Assembly: GCA_965248445.1 (NCBI GenBank)
Contig: CBDFJG010000004.1
Location: 1,216,001-1,280,000 of the forward strand
Length of the DNA: 64,000 nucleotides
From: Planctomycetota bacterium
Lineage (GTDB): Bacteria > Planctomycetota > JAJSAM01 > JAJVHW01
Direction: 5' to 3'
The translations under genes were made by a program, and so were the position numbers. The first letter of the stretch is position 1. Each line of letters begins with the position of its first letter. The notes below the pieces were generated by a model. It saw only the letters and a program-made list of their open reading frames with translations, was not told the DNA's origin and searched no databases. Positions 17,743 through 28,900 of this stretch are shown piece after piece.

Positions 17743-20249
17743 GCAACGTCATGACCCTGCTGCGCCGCGAGCTGGGACAGCTGTTCCGCACGCCGCTCGC
17801 GTACGTGTTCCTGATCCTGTTCGTCGTCCTCGTTCAGCTCCCGTTCCTGCTGACGCTGTTCCAGGCGCGCAGCGCCGACATGCGCCTCTTCTTCGAGGTG
17901 CTGCCCTGGATGATCGTCATCTTCGCAGCACTCGTGACGATGCGCTTGTGGGCCGAGGAGCGGCAGGAGAACACCTACGAGATGCTGCTCACGTTCCCGA
18001 TGCGGGATCGCGAGCTCGTCCTCTCGAAGTTCCTGGCCGCGTTCCTGTTCATCGCTATCGGAATAGCATGCACGCTCTCGATCCCGGTCCTGCTCATGAC
18101 CCTCGGGAATCCGGACAACGGGACGATGGTGTCGGGTTACCTGGGCGCGCTGCTCTGCGCCGCCATGTGGTGCGCCGCGGGCGTGTTCTTCTCCGGGCTG
18201 ACCCGCTCGCAGTTGCTCGCCGCACTCGTCACGTTCGTGTTCGGGATGGTCAGCCTCTTCGTCGGCGTGGACTCCGTCGCGGCGCTGATCGACGGAGCCG
18301 CCGACGGGCTCGGCGCGTGGCTACAGTCGATGGTCGGGACCTACACGCACTTCTCGGCGCTCAGCCGCGGTGTCGTCGACCTCGCGAACGTGCTGTTCTT
18401 CGTGGTCTGGATCGTCGCGTTCCTCTACCTGAACACGCTGTTCGTGGGCTGGCGCAGGCGCCCCGGATCCGCGCCGGTCCTGTCGCTCGCGACGGCGTTC
18501 GCGATCGGCTCGGCGCTGCTGGCCGGACGTCTGCTCTCCGAGACGTCCCTGGCCCGCGCCGACCTCACCGAGGACAAGCTCTTCACCCTGTCCGAGGGCA
18601 CGATCACGATCCTCAAGCAGGCCGACGTCCCCGTGCGCGCCACGTACTACGTCTCGCCCCGCGACGAGATGACCTCCGCCTACACGGACATGGAGCGCGA
18701 GGTCGTCGACCGGCTGGACGAGATCCGCATCCGCTCCGGCGGCATGCTCCAGTTCCGCGTCGTGCACATGAAGGCGGCGAACCTCGCGGCGCGGGTGCAG
18801 ACCGACGAGGAGGCCCGCGCCGAGGAGGGGGAGGACCCGCTCAAGCTGAACGACGAGGAGTCGGTCGAGAAGCGGCTGATGGACAAGGGCGTCGCCCCGT
18901 TCCCCGCGCAGGACATCGAGGCGACGGCGGTCACGAGCAAGTACATCTACTCGACACTCGGGATCTCGTACCGCGAGAAGGACGAGGAGCTGATCGCTCC
19001 GCTGCGTCCGACCGACCTGCCGGACATCGAGTACAAGATCGCGAGCACCGTGGCGCGCCTCGTGCGCGAAGCGCCGGCCCGCATTGCGCTGTACCTCGGC
19101 AAGGAACCGCTCGATCCCCAGATTGCGGCGCTCTATCAGCAGCGCGGCATCCCGATCCCCGACCCGCACTCAGAGGTCGGCGACTTCCTGCGCCACGAGA
19201 AGTACGACGTGGTGCGCACGGAACTGACGCAGCACTCCCCCATGCCGGCAAACTACGACGCGTTCATCGCCGTCGGACCGACGAACTGGGGCGAGCGGGA
19301 GCGCTGGGAGCTGAACCGCGCGCTCGCATCGGGCAAGCCGGTGCTGCTGGCCGTGCAGCGCTACACGTGGGACTACCGCGAAGCGCGCGGCGGTGGCGTG
19401 TCGGTGAAGCGACAGGACGCCGCGGTCGGCATCGACGACGTGCTGGGCCCTCAGGGCATCGACGTCTCGCGCCAGATCCTCATGCAGGACAAGAACGCGG
19501 TCCAGCTCACAGTGCCCGGCGGCAGCGGGTTGCGCGCGCTGCTCGGCATGCCGGTCAAGGTGCCGATGCACATCGGCGTCGGACAGGCCGAGATGCACCC
19601 GGAGAGCACGATCGTCGATCGCCTCGGCGACATGCTCTACCTCTGGGGCACAGGGCTCGCTCTCGAGCAGTCGAAGCTGAATGAACGCGGATTCAAGGTG
19701 ACCACGCTCGTCGAGACGACGGACGAGGCGTGGACCATGCCCCCAGACGGGAACCTGCGCGACTACATCGCGAGGGACGGACAGTCGTTCGGGCGCTTCC
19801 CGCTCGTCGCGCTGATCGAGGGACAGTTCGACGACCGTTACGGCGGCCGGGAACGGCCGAAGTGGCCGCCAAAGATCGAGATGTCGCCCGGCGGCCGTCC
19901 GCGGCCCGCACCGCCGGATCTCCCGGAGACGCCTCTCGTCACAGCGCCCGGGAAGCTGCTGCTCGCCGGTTCCTCGCGCATGTGGCAGAACGGCATCGTG
20001 CGGAGTCCCGCCAACGGGAACCTGCTGCTGAACTCCGTCGCCGCGCTGACGCTCGATCCCGCGCTGCTGACCGTGCGCTCCAAGAAGCCGACGCCGCGCT
20101 CGTTCCCCGAGGCCTCGTCGATGACCGCGCTGTTCGGACGGGGTGTGCCGCTCGTGCTCGTGCCGCTGCTGATCATCGCGTTCGGGCTCATCGTCGGTGT
20201 GCTGCGGATGCGCGCCCGCGAGTCCTGGAACAAGGAACACGGGAGGTAG
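17739..20249 (+). CDS. Fused GldF-like ABC-2 permease and GldG-like auxiliary domain
   Basis: 'TMRLWAEER...YEMLLTFP' permease; 'DLTEDKLFTLSEGT' GldG-type start; C-terminal TM helix. Confidence 0.85.
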   Translation: MSNVMTLLRRELGQLFRTPLAYVFLILFVVLVQLPFLLTLFQARSADMRLFFEVLPWMIVIFAALVTMRLWAEERQENTYEMLLTFPMRDRELVLSKFLAAFLFIAIGIACTLSIPVLLMTLGNPDNGTMVSGYLGALLCAAMWCAAGVFFSGLTRSQLLAALVTFVFGMVSLFVGVDSVAALIDGAADGLGAWLQSMVGTYTHFSALSRGVVDLANVLFFVVWIVAFLYLNTLFVGWRRRPGSAPVLSLATAFAIGSALLAGRLLSETSLARADLTEDKLFTLSEGTITILKQADVPVRATYYVSPRDEMTSAYTDMEREVVDRLDEIRIRSGGMLQFRVVHMKAANLAARVQTDEEARAEEGEDPLKLNDEESVEKRLMDKGVAPFPAQDIEATAVTSKYIYSTLGISYREKDEELIAPLRPTDLPDIEYKIASTVARLVREAPARIALYLGKEPLDPQIAALYQQRGIPIPDPHSEVGDFLRHEKYDVVRTELTQHSPMPANYDAFIAVGPTNWGERERWELNRALASGKPVLLAVQRYTWDYREARGGGVSVKRQDAAVGIDDVLGPQGIDVSRQILMQDKNAVQLTVPGGSGLRALLGMPVKVPMHIGVGQAEMHPESTIVDRLGDMLYLWGTGLALEQSKLNERGFKVTTLVETTDEAWTMPPDGNLRDYIARDGQSFGRFPLVALIEGQFDDRYGGRERPKWPPKIEMSPGGRPRPAPPDLPETPLVTAPGKLLLAGSSRMWQNGIVRSPANGNLLLNSVAALTLDPALLTVRSKKPTPRSFPEASSMTALFGRGVPLVLVPLLIIAFGLIVGVLRMRARESWNKEHGR

Positions 20250-20251
20250 CC

Positions 20252-22117
20252 GTGAGACACGTCAGCTTCCTCGCCCTCCTCTTCCTGACGCTCCTCTGCC
20301 TGGTGATCTGGAAGGAGGCCACCCGCCCCGAGGCCGGCGCTCTCTCGAGCGAGGTCGAGCTCGTCCCGGTGCGCGCCATCGAATTCAAAGCGGACGACTG
20401 CGCGCGGATCGAGGTCGCCGGGCCGGACGGAGACGGGTCGTTCGTGCTCGTGAACCGGGACGGCCGCTGGCTCTCCGAGACCCCGTTCGAGGCGCCGGCT
20501 GCCGCGGGCGTGGTCACGTCGCTGATCGAAGGCGTGATCGCGGCCCGCGGTGAGTTGCGGATCGATGACGGAGCGAAGCTCGCCAAGTTCGATGTGTCGC
20601 CGGACCGCGCCACCACGGTGCGGATGACCAACGCGGCGGGCAGCGTGCTCGCCGACCTCGCCATCGGGCGGAACTCCGGACCGAGCGGCGCGTTCGTCCG
20701 GCTCCTGCGGGACGGCGCCAACAAGGGCGCCGTGTACGCCGTGACGGCCGACCTCCGCTCCGCGCTCGGCCTGCCCAGGACCGCCGTTGGTGCAACGGAG
20801 CCCGCGACGCCCGACGTCACGCACTTCTACGACCTCTCGATCCCCGAACTCGCGATCGACGGCACGCAGGAACTGCACCTGTCGACGCCGCTCTGGTCGC
20901 TGAAGCTCGGCAAGGAGTCCGGCGTCTGGAACGTCACCGCGGGCGGTCCTGCGGGTGTCCCGTTCAAGGCGCGCGGTGCACAGGACATCGTGTCGCAGTT
21001 GGCCGGAGCTCTGAGTGCGAGCGGTCTCGTGGACCCGGCCCGCCGCGACGAGGTGGGACTGGACGCGCCCCAGTACGAGGTCGCTGTCGTGCTCGCGGAC
21101 GGGAAGGAACGCCGGGCATTCGGCGCCCGGGACGCTGAGGGCGAGAAGTTCTACGTCCGTCTGGACTCGGAGCAGCAGCCGGACGTCGTTTACGAGTGCG
21201 AGTCGTGGCAGTGGCGGCGTCTGTTCCCGCAGGGCTCGGTGCTGTTCGAGTTCCCCGCTCTCGGCGGCGACGACGCGGACGTCGATCGCGTGGCAATCGC
21301 GCGGCTCGGCACGAGTCAGTCGAGCACGGAGCTCGTCCGCCCGGGTGGTCCGGGCACGGAGTGGACGATCCGGTCGCCGCAATGGGGTCTGGCGCCGGCA
21401 CGCTCCCCCATCAACACGCTCACGTCACTTCTGCGCTCGGCACGTGCCGTGGACTGGTCCTCCACGCCCCCGAGTTCGATGCTCCCGGAGATCACGATCA
21501 GCTACGGCCGCGCGGACGCCGACGACGCGGACCTGCAGCGGATACTGATCGGGCCGACGATCGAGGGCCGCGAGGAACGCCTCGCCGTGCTGCCCAATCT
21601 GCCGAACGTCACGGTCGTCATCGCCAACGCGACGGCAGAGCGGCTGGCGCCCGATGCGCTCGAGTTGTTCGCGGACGACGTTCTTCACGAGCTGACGCAG
21701 GAGGACATCGTCTCCGTGCGCGTGAAGGAGAACGGCGCCGAGTCGTTCCGCATCGACCGCAAGGCAGACAAGTCCTGGGAGCTCGTCACCGGCGAGGTGA
21801 CATCAAAGGCCTCACCGGTCCTCACGACGCTGTGGATGGACGAGCTGTTCTCCCTCGCGGCGACGGACCGCACCGACTACCCGACGCCCGCCGAGGTCGA
21901 AGTCGAACTGGTCGGAGATCTCGGCGCGTCGAAGACGATCGGGCTGTCGAAGTACAACGAGGGCTCCGTCGTGCACTTGACCGGCGCGACGTTCATGGTG
22001 GAGACGACGCTCGACAGGCTCGTGGCTGACCCGGAGACACTGCGCGTCGCCGACGATCCGCCGCCAGAGGACGACACCCCAGAAGACGACACCCCGGAAG
22101 ACGATACGGAGGAGTGA
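20252..22117 (+). CDS. DUF4340-like membrane-anchored protein
   Basis: N-terminal TM; repeated 'W...P..A' and 'GLD.P' units; usual position after gldFG. Confidence 0.7.
   Translation: MRHVSFLALLFLTLLCLVIWKEATRPEAGALSSEVELVPVRAIEFKADDCARIEVAGPDGDGSFVLVNRDGRWLSETPFEAPAAAGVVTSLIEGVIAARGELRIDDGAKLAKFDVSPDRATTVRMTNAAGSVLADLAIGRNSGPSGAFVRLLRDGANKGAVYAVTADLRSALGLPRTAVGATEPATPDVTHFYDLSIPELAIDGTQELHLSTPLWSLKLGKESGVWNVTAGGPAGVPFKARGAQDIVSQLAGALSASGLVDPARRDEVGLDAPQYEVAVVLADGKERRAFGARDAEGEKFYVRLDSEQQPDVVYECESWQWRRLFPQGSVLFEFPALGGDDADVDRVAIARLGTSQSSTELVRPGGPGTEWTIRSPQWGLAPARSPINTLTSLLRSARAVDWSSTPPSSMLPEITISYGRADADDADLQRILIGPTIEGREERLAVLPNLPNVTVVIANATAERLAPDALELFADDVLHELTQEDIVSVRVKENGAESFRIDRKADKSWELVTGEVTSKASPVLTTLWMDELFSLAATDRTDYPTPAEVEVELVGDLGASKTIGLSKYNEGSVVHLTGATFMVETTLDRLVADPETLRVADDPPPEDDTPEDDTPEDDTEE
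22064..22108 (+). repeat. Three 15-bp tandem repeats encoding PEDDT
   Basis: ccagaggacgacacc/ccagaagacgacacc/ccggaagacgatacg. Confidence 0.8.
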
Positions 22118-22118
22118 C

Positions 22119-22664
22119 GTGACGCGCGTGCTGGTACCGCTCGCTCCCGGTTTCGAGGAAATCGAGGCCGTCACCATCATCGACGTCCTGCGCCGCGGCG
22201 GGCTGGACGTGACGACCGCCTCGCTCGGCGACACCGCGGTCCGCGGCGCCCACGACATCGTCGTCAACGCGGACACGACCCTCGACGAGGCGGCCGGTCC
22301 GTTCGATGCCGTGGTCCTGCCCGGCGGGATCCCGGGCGCCACCAACCTGCGCGACGACCAGCGCGTGCGCTCGCTGCTCTGCGACGTGGTCGCGGCCGGA
22401 GGCACCGCCGCCGCGATCTGCGCGGCTCCCATCGCACTCGAAGCCGCCGGTCTCCTGAAGGACCGCCGTGCAACGTCCTATCCGTCGTTCCGCGATCAGC
22501 TCGTCTCGGCCGCGTCCCGCGAGGACGCGCGCGTTGTCGTCGACGGTCCCATCGTCACGAGCGCGGGGCCCGGCACCGCCCTCGAGTTCGCAACTGCGCT
22601 CGTCGAGCGCTTCGTCGGCAAGGAGACGGCCGACGCACTGCGACAAGGCATGCTCGTCGCCTGA
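22119..22664 (+). CDS. DJ-1/YajL/ThiJ family protein
   Basis: 'GFEEIEA..IIDVLRR', 'LPGG.PG', 'AAICAAP', 'TSAGPGTA'. Confidence 0.93.
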   Translation: MTRVLVPLAPGFEEIEAVTIIDVLRRGGLDVTTASLGDTAVRGAHDIVVNADTTLDEAAGPFDAVVLPGGIPGATNLRDDQRVRSLLCDVVAAGGTAAAICAAPIALEAAGLLKDRRATSYPSFRDQLVSAASREDARVVVDGPIVTSAGPGTALEFATALVERFVGKETADALRQGMLVA

Positions 22665-22982
22665 CCGGCGCCCGCGTGCATCATGGGGCAATGCGGCGCA
22701 TGCTGCCTGCCCTTCTGCTCGCATGCGTGCTCGTCGCGTGCGGTGACGAGCCTGCGCCGGTCGGTCCGTCCGCCGGCGACGAGGATGGGGACGTGGTTCG
22801 CCGAGTGGGGCCCGGAACTCGTCCGATCCGATCTGCTGTCCGACGACGCCTGGCAGGAGTACGCACCGCGGCCGCGCGGCATGCGCTGAGCGGAGCCCGC
22901 GCGTCACCAATGCAGGGCTGCGCACGTCCTGTTGCCTGAGGAGTCGGGTCTCCGCTTCAGCGGGAAATGTGACCATAATCTT

Positions 22983-23234
22983 ATGACCATGACGAAGGCA
23001 CCCCGCACGATCCCGGCAGGGAAGTTCAAGGCCACCTGCCTCGCGCTGCTGGACGAGGTGGCCCGGACGGGTCGCCCCCTGATCGTGACCAAGCACGGCC
23101 GGCCGGTCGCGCAGGTGGTGCCTCTGGACGACGCCGAACCTCCGTCGCTGCTCGGAAGTGTCAAGTGGGAAGGCGACCTCACCGCGCCGCTCGACCTCGA
23201 GTGGGAGGTGATGCGCGGCCTGGACGACGAGTGA
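22983..23234 (+). CDS. Phd/YefM-family antitoxin
   Basis: 'FKATCLALLDEV..TG.PLIVTKHGRPVAQVVP'. Confidence 0.9.
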   Translation: MTMTKAPRTIPAGKFKATCLALLDEVARTGRPLIVTKHGRPVAQVVPLDDAEPPSLLGSVKWEGDLTAPLDLEWEVMRGLDDE

Positions 23235-23620
23235 TCGTCGTCGACACGCATGCGTGGATCTGGCTCGCGACCGCGCCCGAGGAACTCAGCCGCCGTGCTC
23301 ATGGCTCGCTGCAACGGGCGCCGAGGATCGGCGTTCCGGCCATCGCGTGCTGGGAGGTGGCCATGCTGGCGGAGCGGGGACGCGTCGAACTCGATCGCGA
23401 GGTCACGGACTGGATCGATCCACCAGGCCCTGGCGCTGCCGACGGTCAATCTCCTCCCCATCACGCCCGAGGTGGCGGTCCACGCCGGGCAGCTTCTCAC
23501 AACGGCGCTCCGGGATCCGATCGACCTGCTGATCGCCGCGACGGGCAGGTGCACGCGGCACCCCTCGTCACGAAGGAACGGAAGCTGCGCGCAACGCCCG
23601 GCATCACGACGCTCTGGTGA
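23231..23620 (+). pseudogene. vapC: VapC (PIN domain) toxin with two compensating frameshifts
   Basis: 'VVDTHAWIW..CWEVAML' in one frame; 'LPITPEVA..RDPIDLLIAAT' only in the +1 frame (about 23421-23543); 'PLVTK..L' back in the first frame. Confidence 0.8.
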
Positions 23621-23667
23621 ACCGACCTCTCAGAGCATCCGCTGGAGGATCGCGCGGTCGCCTTGAG

Positions 23668-25233
23668 TCAGTTCGGATCGATCGGCGACCCGTCGCCGTC
23701 GAGGAGCGTCCTCGTCGTGCTGACGTCTGGGGTGTTCCCGGTGAACGTCGATTCGTCAAGACGGGTACTGAGCGCGAGATTCAGGAGACCCGCACCATCG
23801 CAACCGCGGACGACGCAGTCCTGCACGAGGTTCGAGACACCGGACTGCACGACAATCCCGTTCGCGCCCCCGTTCACGGCCTGGTTGCCCACGATCTCGT
23901 TGCTGTATCCGTCGACGATCACGCTCGATCCGTCGAACCCGGTGAGGTGGTTTTCCGAGATCAGATTGTGCGCGCCGTCGATCGCAAGCCCGTCGCCGGC
24001 GCCGCGACGCAAGGTGTTGTCGCTCACCACGTTGCGGTTGCCCAGGACCGAGATTCCGCACGTCCCGGCGCCGATCACGCGGTTCTCCGTCACCGTGTTC
24101 TCGTTGCCCGTGATCGCGAACGACTCGCCGCCCAAACGCCGCGCTGAGTCCGTGTTCCCGGATACGACGCCGCCGTTCATCTCCACGACGAAACCGTCGC
24201 CACCGACTCGTCGCACGTGGTTGTCGACGACGGCGCCCGCACCCTCCGCGCGTGCGACCACCCCGGGGCAGCCCGGCGCCAAGCCGACGAACACGCGGCG
24301 AGCGCCCTCGCGGTTCGGGTCATCGCGACTCTCGAACACCCGAGCGCCCATCCCCAAGCGGTTGGACTGGATGCGGAACGCATCGCCCTCTACCACCACG
24401 CCCTGCACCGAGAACCGCGTCCGGTTCCCGTCCACGACGGCTCTGTCTCCGGCGATGGTGATCGCGGCGTCGACGTCGGCGAAGCGATTGGACTCCACGT
24501 GCGCGTCGTCCCCGTCGATTCGTGCGGACCAGCCGATGTCGCTGTAGCGGTTCCGACGCATCACCGTCCCGTCCCCTTGCACCGACAGGGCGTCGTCGAG
24601 GTCCGTGAACTTGCACCGTTCGATGCGGTGGCGGTCGCCGCGAAGCGTCACGGCAGCCCCTTCGATGTAACCTTCGCGTGCGTGCAGGCGCTTCAAGGTC
24701 GCGTCATTGCCGCGCACGCAGAGTGTGCTCCCGCGATCGACGATGCTGCGTGAGACACCGGCGTGGTCGCCGCGAATTTCGAGAGCACCGCGGCGCACGT
24801 TGGACCGCGAGAAGGTCGCGTTGTCGCCCACGATCGTCAGCGATGCGATCGAGCGCTTCGGGTCCATCGCCTGGTGCAGTCGAAGCGTCACGTTGCGGAT
24901 CGCGATGCCGTCGCCTCGAAGAGTCGCGGTACCCGTCAGCACGGCGCGGTCGCCGTAACCGTCGCGTGTGTTCTGACGCGGGCCGTGTTCTCCGTACAGC
25001 GTCGGCCGGAAACTGCGGGGTCCTTCGATCGTGACGCCGGACACGTCGTGGACGCCGCTGGGCAGCAAGTGAACTCCGTCGGCCAGCCGGATGCGGTCGC
25101 CCGGCCGGGATATCTCGAGAGCGGTGGCGATGTCCGGCGTCCTCTCGCTCGGAACGCGCAGGGTGTCTGCACGCGCCACACCGGCGAGGCCGGTGACGCA
25201 GACCGTCAGTCCGATGCAAAGCCGCTTGGTCAT
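23668..25233 (-). CDS. Secreted right-handed parallel beta-helix protein
   Basis: Signal peptide 'ARA|DTLRVPS'; 'PGDRI.L.DG'; many 'GI.V.G..N.V..N' repeats. Confidence 0.85.
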   Translation of the reverse strand: MTKRLCIGLTVCVTGLAGVARADTLRVPSERTPDIATALEISRPGDRIRLADGVHLLPSGVHDVSGVTIEGPRSFRPTLYGEHGPRQNTRDGYGDRAVLTGTATLRGDGIAIRNVTLRLHQAMDPKRSIASLTIVGDNATFSRSNVRRGALEIRGDHAGVSRSIVDRGSTLCVRGNDATLKRLHAREGYIEGAAVTLRGDRHRIERCKFTDLDDALSVQGDGTVMRRNRYSDIGWSARIDGDDAHVESNRFADVDAAITIAGDRAVVDGNRTRFSVQGVVVEGDAFRIQSNRLGMGARVFESRDDPNREGARRVFVGLAPGCPGVVARAEGAGAVVDNHVRRVGGDGFVVEMNGGVVSGNTDSARRLGGESFAITGNENTVTENRVIGAGTCGISVLGNRNVVSDNTLRRGAGDGLAIDGAHNLISENHLTGFDGSSVIVDGYSNEIVGNQAVNGGANGIVVQSGVSNLVQDCVVRGCDGAGLLNLALSTRLDESTFTGNTPDVSTTRTLLDGDGSPIDPN

Positions 25234-25360
25234 GTCGGTTCTCCCGTGGTGACGCGACTCCCCATCCCGGTTTAGATCGCGGCAGGCGCCCAATCCGAAC
25301 GTAGATTCTAGATCAAGTTTGCAGGCTTGACCGAGAAGCCGTCCGACGCAGACTGGATGG

Positions 25361-25939
25361 GTGCAGATCGCCTTCGCCGAACTACTGCGACGCGCCAAGT
25401 CGGGTGACGACGAAGCGGTCTCCGAGCTGCACGAGCGCTACGCGCCCCTGGTGCTCGGGAGAGCGAGGAGACGGCTCACCCCGTTCTTGCGGAGGCGCGA
25501 CGACACCGAGGACATCCGGCAGTCGGTGTTCGGGGACGTTCTTCGCGGTCTTACCGGAGTCGAGGACCGCGGCGAGGCGGCGTTCCGGCACTGGCTGCTC
25601 ATCAAGGTGGAGAACAAGATCCGAGATCGACTCCGCCGGCAGCTGAACCGCAACGGGCAACACCGCGAAACGGCCCTGCGGAGCGGCGCGGCTGAGCAAC
25701 TTCGGTGTCAGGAACGGGGGCCGGCATCGGAGGCGGCGCGACTGGACGACCGCGCGCGCATCGCCGGCCTGCTCGGGTCGTTGGACGAGATGGACCGACA
25801 CGTGCTGCAACTTCGTGCACGCCAGTGCCTGCCGTTCGGGGAGGTGGCGCGCGCCGCCGGACTTCCCAGCGCAGACGCTGCGCGCATGCGCTACGTGCGC
25901 GCGCTGGTGGCCTTGCGGGCGGCATGGAAACGCGCCTGA
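25361..25939 (+). CDS. ECF RNA polymerase sigma factor (planctomycete-type)
   Basis: 'LLRRAKSGDDEA', 'DTEDIRQSV', 'FRHWL..KVENKIRD', 'DAARMRYVRAL'. Confidence 0.85.
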   Translation: MQIAFAELLRRAKSGDDEAVSELHERYAPLVLGRARRRLTPFLRRRDDTEDIRQSVFGDVLRGLTGVEDRGEAAFRHWLLIKVENKIRDRLRRQLNRNGQHRETALRSGAAEQLRCQERGPASEAARLDDRARIAGLLGSLDEMDRHVLQLRARQCLPFGEVARAAGLPSADAARMRYVRALVALRAAWKRA

Positions 25940-28900
25940 CCGTCGCGCTGGACGAGGTCGTCCGCGCTCTCGATCGCGGCGAGTCGGTGAGCGCCGGCTG
26001 GCTGCGCGAGAACTTCGCGGATTGCTGGGAAGCCATCGTCGAGGCGCTCGAGTTGCAGCGCACCATGCGCGGCCAAGTGCCCGAAGTGGATTCAATCGGC
26101 CCGTACCGCGTCCTCAGGAAGCTCGGCTCTGGGGGCATGGGCGCTGTGTACCTGGCGCAACATCGCGACGCCGCGGGCCCCGCAGTCGTTGCGATCAAGG
26201 TCATTCGCCCGGACCTGCAGGCCTCGTCGCATGCCCTCTCGCGCTTTCTGGGCGAGGCGGAGCTGGGAGCGCGCGTCGATCATCCCAACGTCGTCCGGGT
26301 GCTCGACTCCGGGATCGCCGAGTGCGACCAGCGGCACCTGTCGTATCTCGTCATGGAGTACGTCGAGGGCCAGACGCTGCACGAGCTCGCAGCAGAGGTC
26401 GGTCCTGTAGGAGAGGAGCTCTGCCGGCACATCGGGCGCGATGTCGCCGCCGGGCTAGCGGCCATCCATGCCGAGGGCGCCGTGCATCGCGACGTCAAAC
26501 CGTCCAACGTGATCATCGCCGACGACCAGACCGTGAAGGTGATGGACCTTGGTGCCAGTGGATTCGTCGAGCCGGCCGGGCGCCCGTCGCGACCGGGAAG
26601 GTTCGTCGGGTCGTTCCTGTACGCCGCCCCAGAGCAACTGGTCGACGCGCAGGGCGAACTGTGCCCGACGTGGGACCTGTTCGCGCTGGGCGTCCTGCTC
26701 GAGGAGTTGATCACAGGCCGCCATCCGCTCGAGCCTCGTCGCGGGGGACGCTGCCCGACAGTGTCGGCGTTCCTCGAGTGCCTGATCCGGAGTCTCGTCG
26801 CGCCCGACCCCCGGGACCGACCCGCGTCGGCGCAAGCTGTCGTGACCATCCTGGACGAGGGAGAGTCCGGCGAATGGTGGCGCGCGCGCGCGCCGTCCTT
26901 CGTCCCGACGCTCGGTCGGGGGCCGCCGGCCCTCTCCGTGTCCCGCGACGCGTCGGTGCGCGGGCGCGACGTGGAACTCGCGTGTCTCCAGGCAGCGTTG
27001 GCCGACGCCGTTGGCGGGCATCCACGCGTTGTTCTCGTCGAAGGCGAGGCCGGGGTGGGCAAGACCCGTCTCGTCGATGAGTTCCTGCACCTCGCGTGGT
27101 CGGACGACGCGGCATTCGACTTCGTCGAGGTGGGTCACGAGTACCCGGGCGCCCGCAGTGCAGAGCCGTGGTTCGAGGGGTTCCGCGAGCTGGTCGGTGC
27201 CGACGCGGACTCCGCGGCCGTCGAGGGGCGGCTGGCGGTGCTCCCGGAGACCGCGTCCGCGGTGCTGCGTGCACTGCGGCCCGATACCGCCGGCGGGGAC
27301 CGACCGGAGTCGGCCGATGCGGTGGAGGGAGTGGTCCGCGCCCTCGCGCGGTCGCTCGGCACGGGTAGGCCGGCCGTCGTGTTCGTGGATGACCTGCACC
27401 TGGCCTCCGACCGAGGACGCGCTGCGCTCCTCTCCGTGGTCAGTGAACTGGGCGACCGCTCGGTGCTGGTCGTCGCCGCGACGCGAGCGTGTCCGCCCGC
27501 ATCGTGGCTGGAGACCGTCCGGGCCGTGGCGCACGTCGACCGGCTCGAGTTGCGCCGGCTGTCTCAACAGGACCTGCGCGAACTGCTCTGCGACGTGTTC
27601 GGCTCGGAACGGATTCACGGGGAGCTGTTCGCGCAGATCGCGGACCGCTCCGGCGGGAACCCGCATTTCGCGCTCGAGATCGTGAGATCGCTGCGGGAGC
27701 ATGGCGCGGTTGTCTGCGGTGCCGACGGTGCGACTCCGACCGCTGCGGTTCCGAGCCCGGTCGACCTCCCGGCTTCCGTCCGCGAGCTCATCGATTCACG
27801 GCTCGGTCTGCTGCGGGACGCCGAGCGCCGTGTCGTCTCTGTCGCGGCGTGTGTCGGATCGTGCTTCGACGGCGCGCTCGTGGCCGATGCGCTGGAAGAG
27901 CCGCGTGTGTCGGTGCTGCGCAGTCTGTCGCGCCTGGAGAGCGCGCACCGACTGTTGCGAGCGGAAGGACGCGCGTTCGAGTTCGACCACGCGGTGGTCC
28001 GGGAGTGCGTCTACGGCTCGCTGCCCGAGGGGTTGCGTGACGCGCACCACGCGGCGCTGGCCAGCACCCTGATCCGGCGCGGTCGTGACGGCGACGCACC
28101 GGAGATCTGTCGCCATCTGGTGCATGCCGGTCGACCGGAAGAGGCGCTCGGTCGTCTCCCCGCCGCTGTTGCGTGGCTGGAACAGCGAGGCGCGCGGAAC
28201 CAGGTGGCGGAGCTGGTCTCGTCCGTCCTGGGGGTGGACGGACTCCTCGTGGGAGAAGCGCGGACCGTGTGGCTTCTGCGTCTGGCCGACGCGCACTCGT
28301 GGATGGCCGATCTCGAGGCCGAACGCGCTGTCCTGCGGACAGCACGCGCCGAGCTGGAGCAGCTCTCGGACGTCGCCACGCTCGCTCGCCTGGCGGTGCG
28401 CGAGGCACGGAACCTGCACCGCGCCGGAGAGACGCGCGCGGCCCGCGCTGCTGCCCGCGCAGCGCTCCGGGAATGCCGCCGGCTGGATGACTCAGTCGGA
28501 GTGGCGGAGTGCGCGGGTGTCCTCGCCGCGGGCGCGCTCCGGCGGGGTCGGATCCCGCTGGGCGAGGCCCGCGCACGCCAGCAACTCGCCGCAGCGCGCG
28601 AAGCCGCGAGCGCCGAGAACGAAGTCGACGCGCTGAAAGCCCTTGGCACCGCGATGCAGTCGCGCAGCGACTACGCCGCCGCGATGGAGTGCGCGCGGGA
28701 CGCGCTGGATATCGCTCGGGCGCGCGGACTCCGCTCCCGTGCCGCTCAACTCACCGGGAACGTCGGCAGCGCGCTCGCCTGCCAGAGGCGGTTCGGCGAG
28801 GCACAGGACTGGATCCGCCGGGGCGCACGCGCCGCGCGGGAGCTGGGGGACCGCTCCGCAGAGATTCGCATGACGGGCAATCTGATCACGCTTGCCACCT

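Noticed and set aside
22691..22939. Short ORF with lipobox (LVACG)
   Set aside because: Loses plausible coding character after about 30 codons; possibly a gene remnant but not supportable
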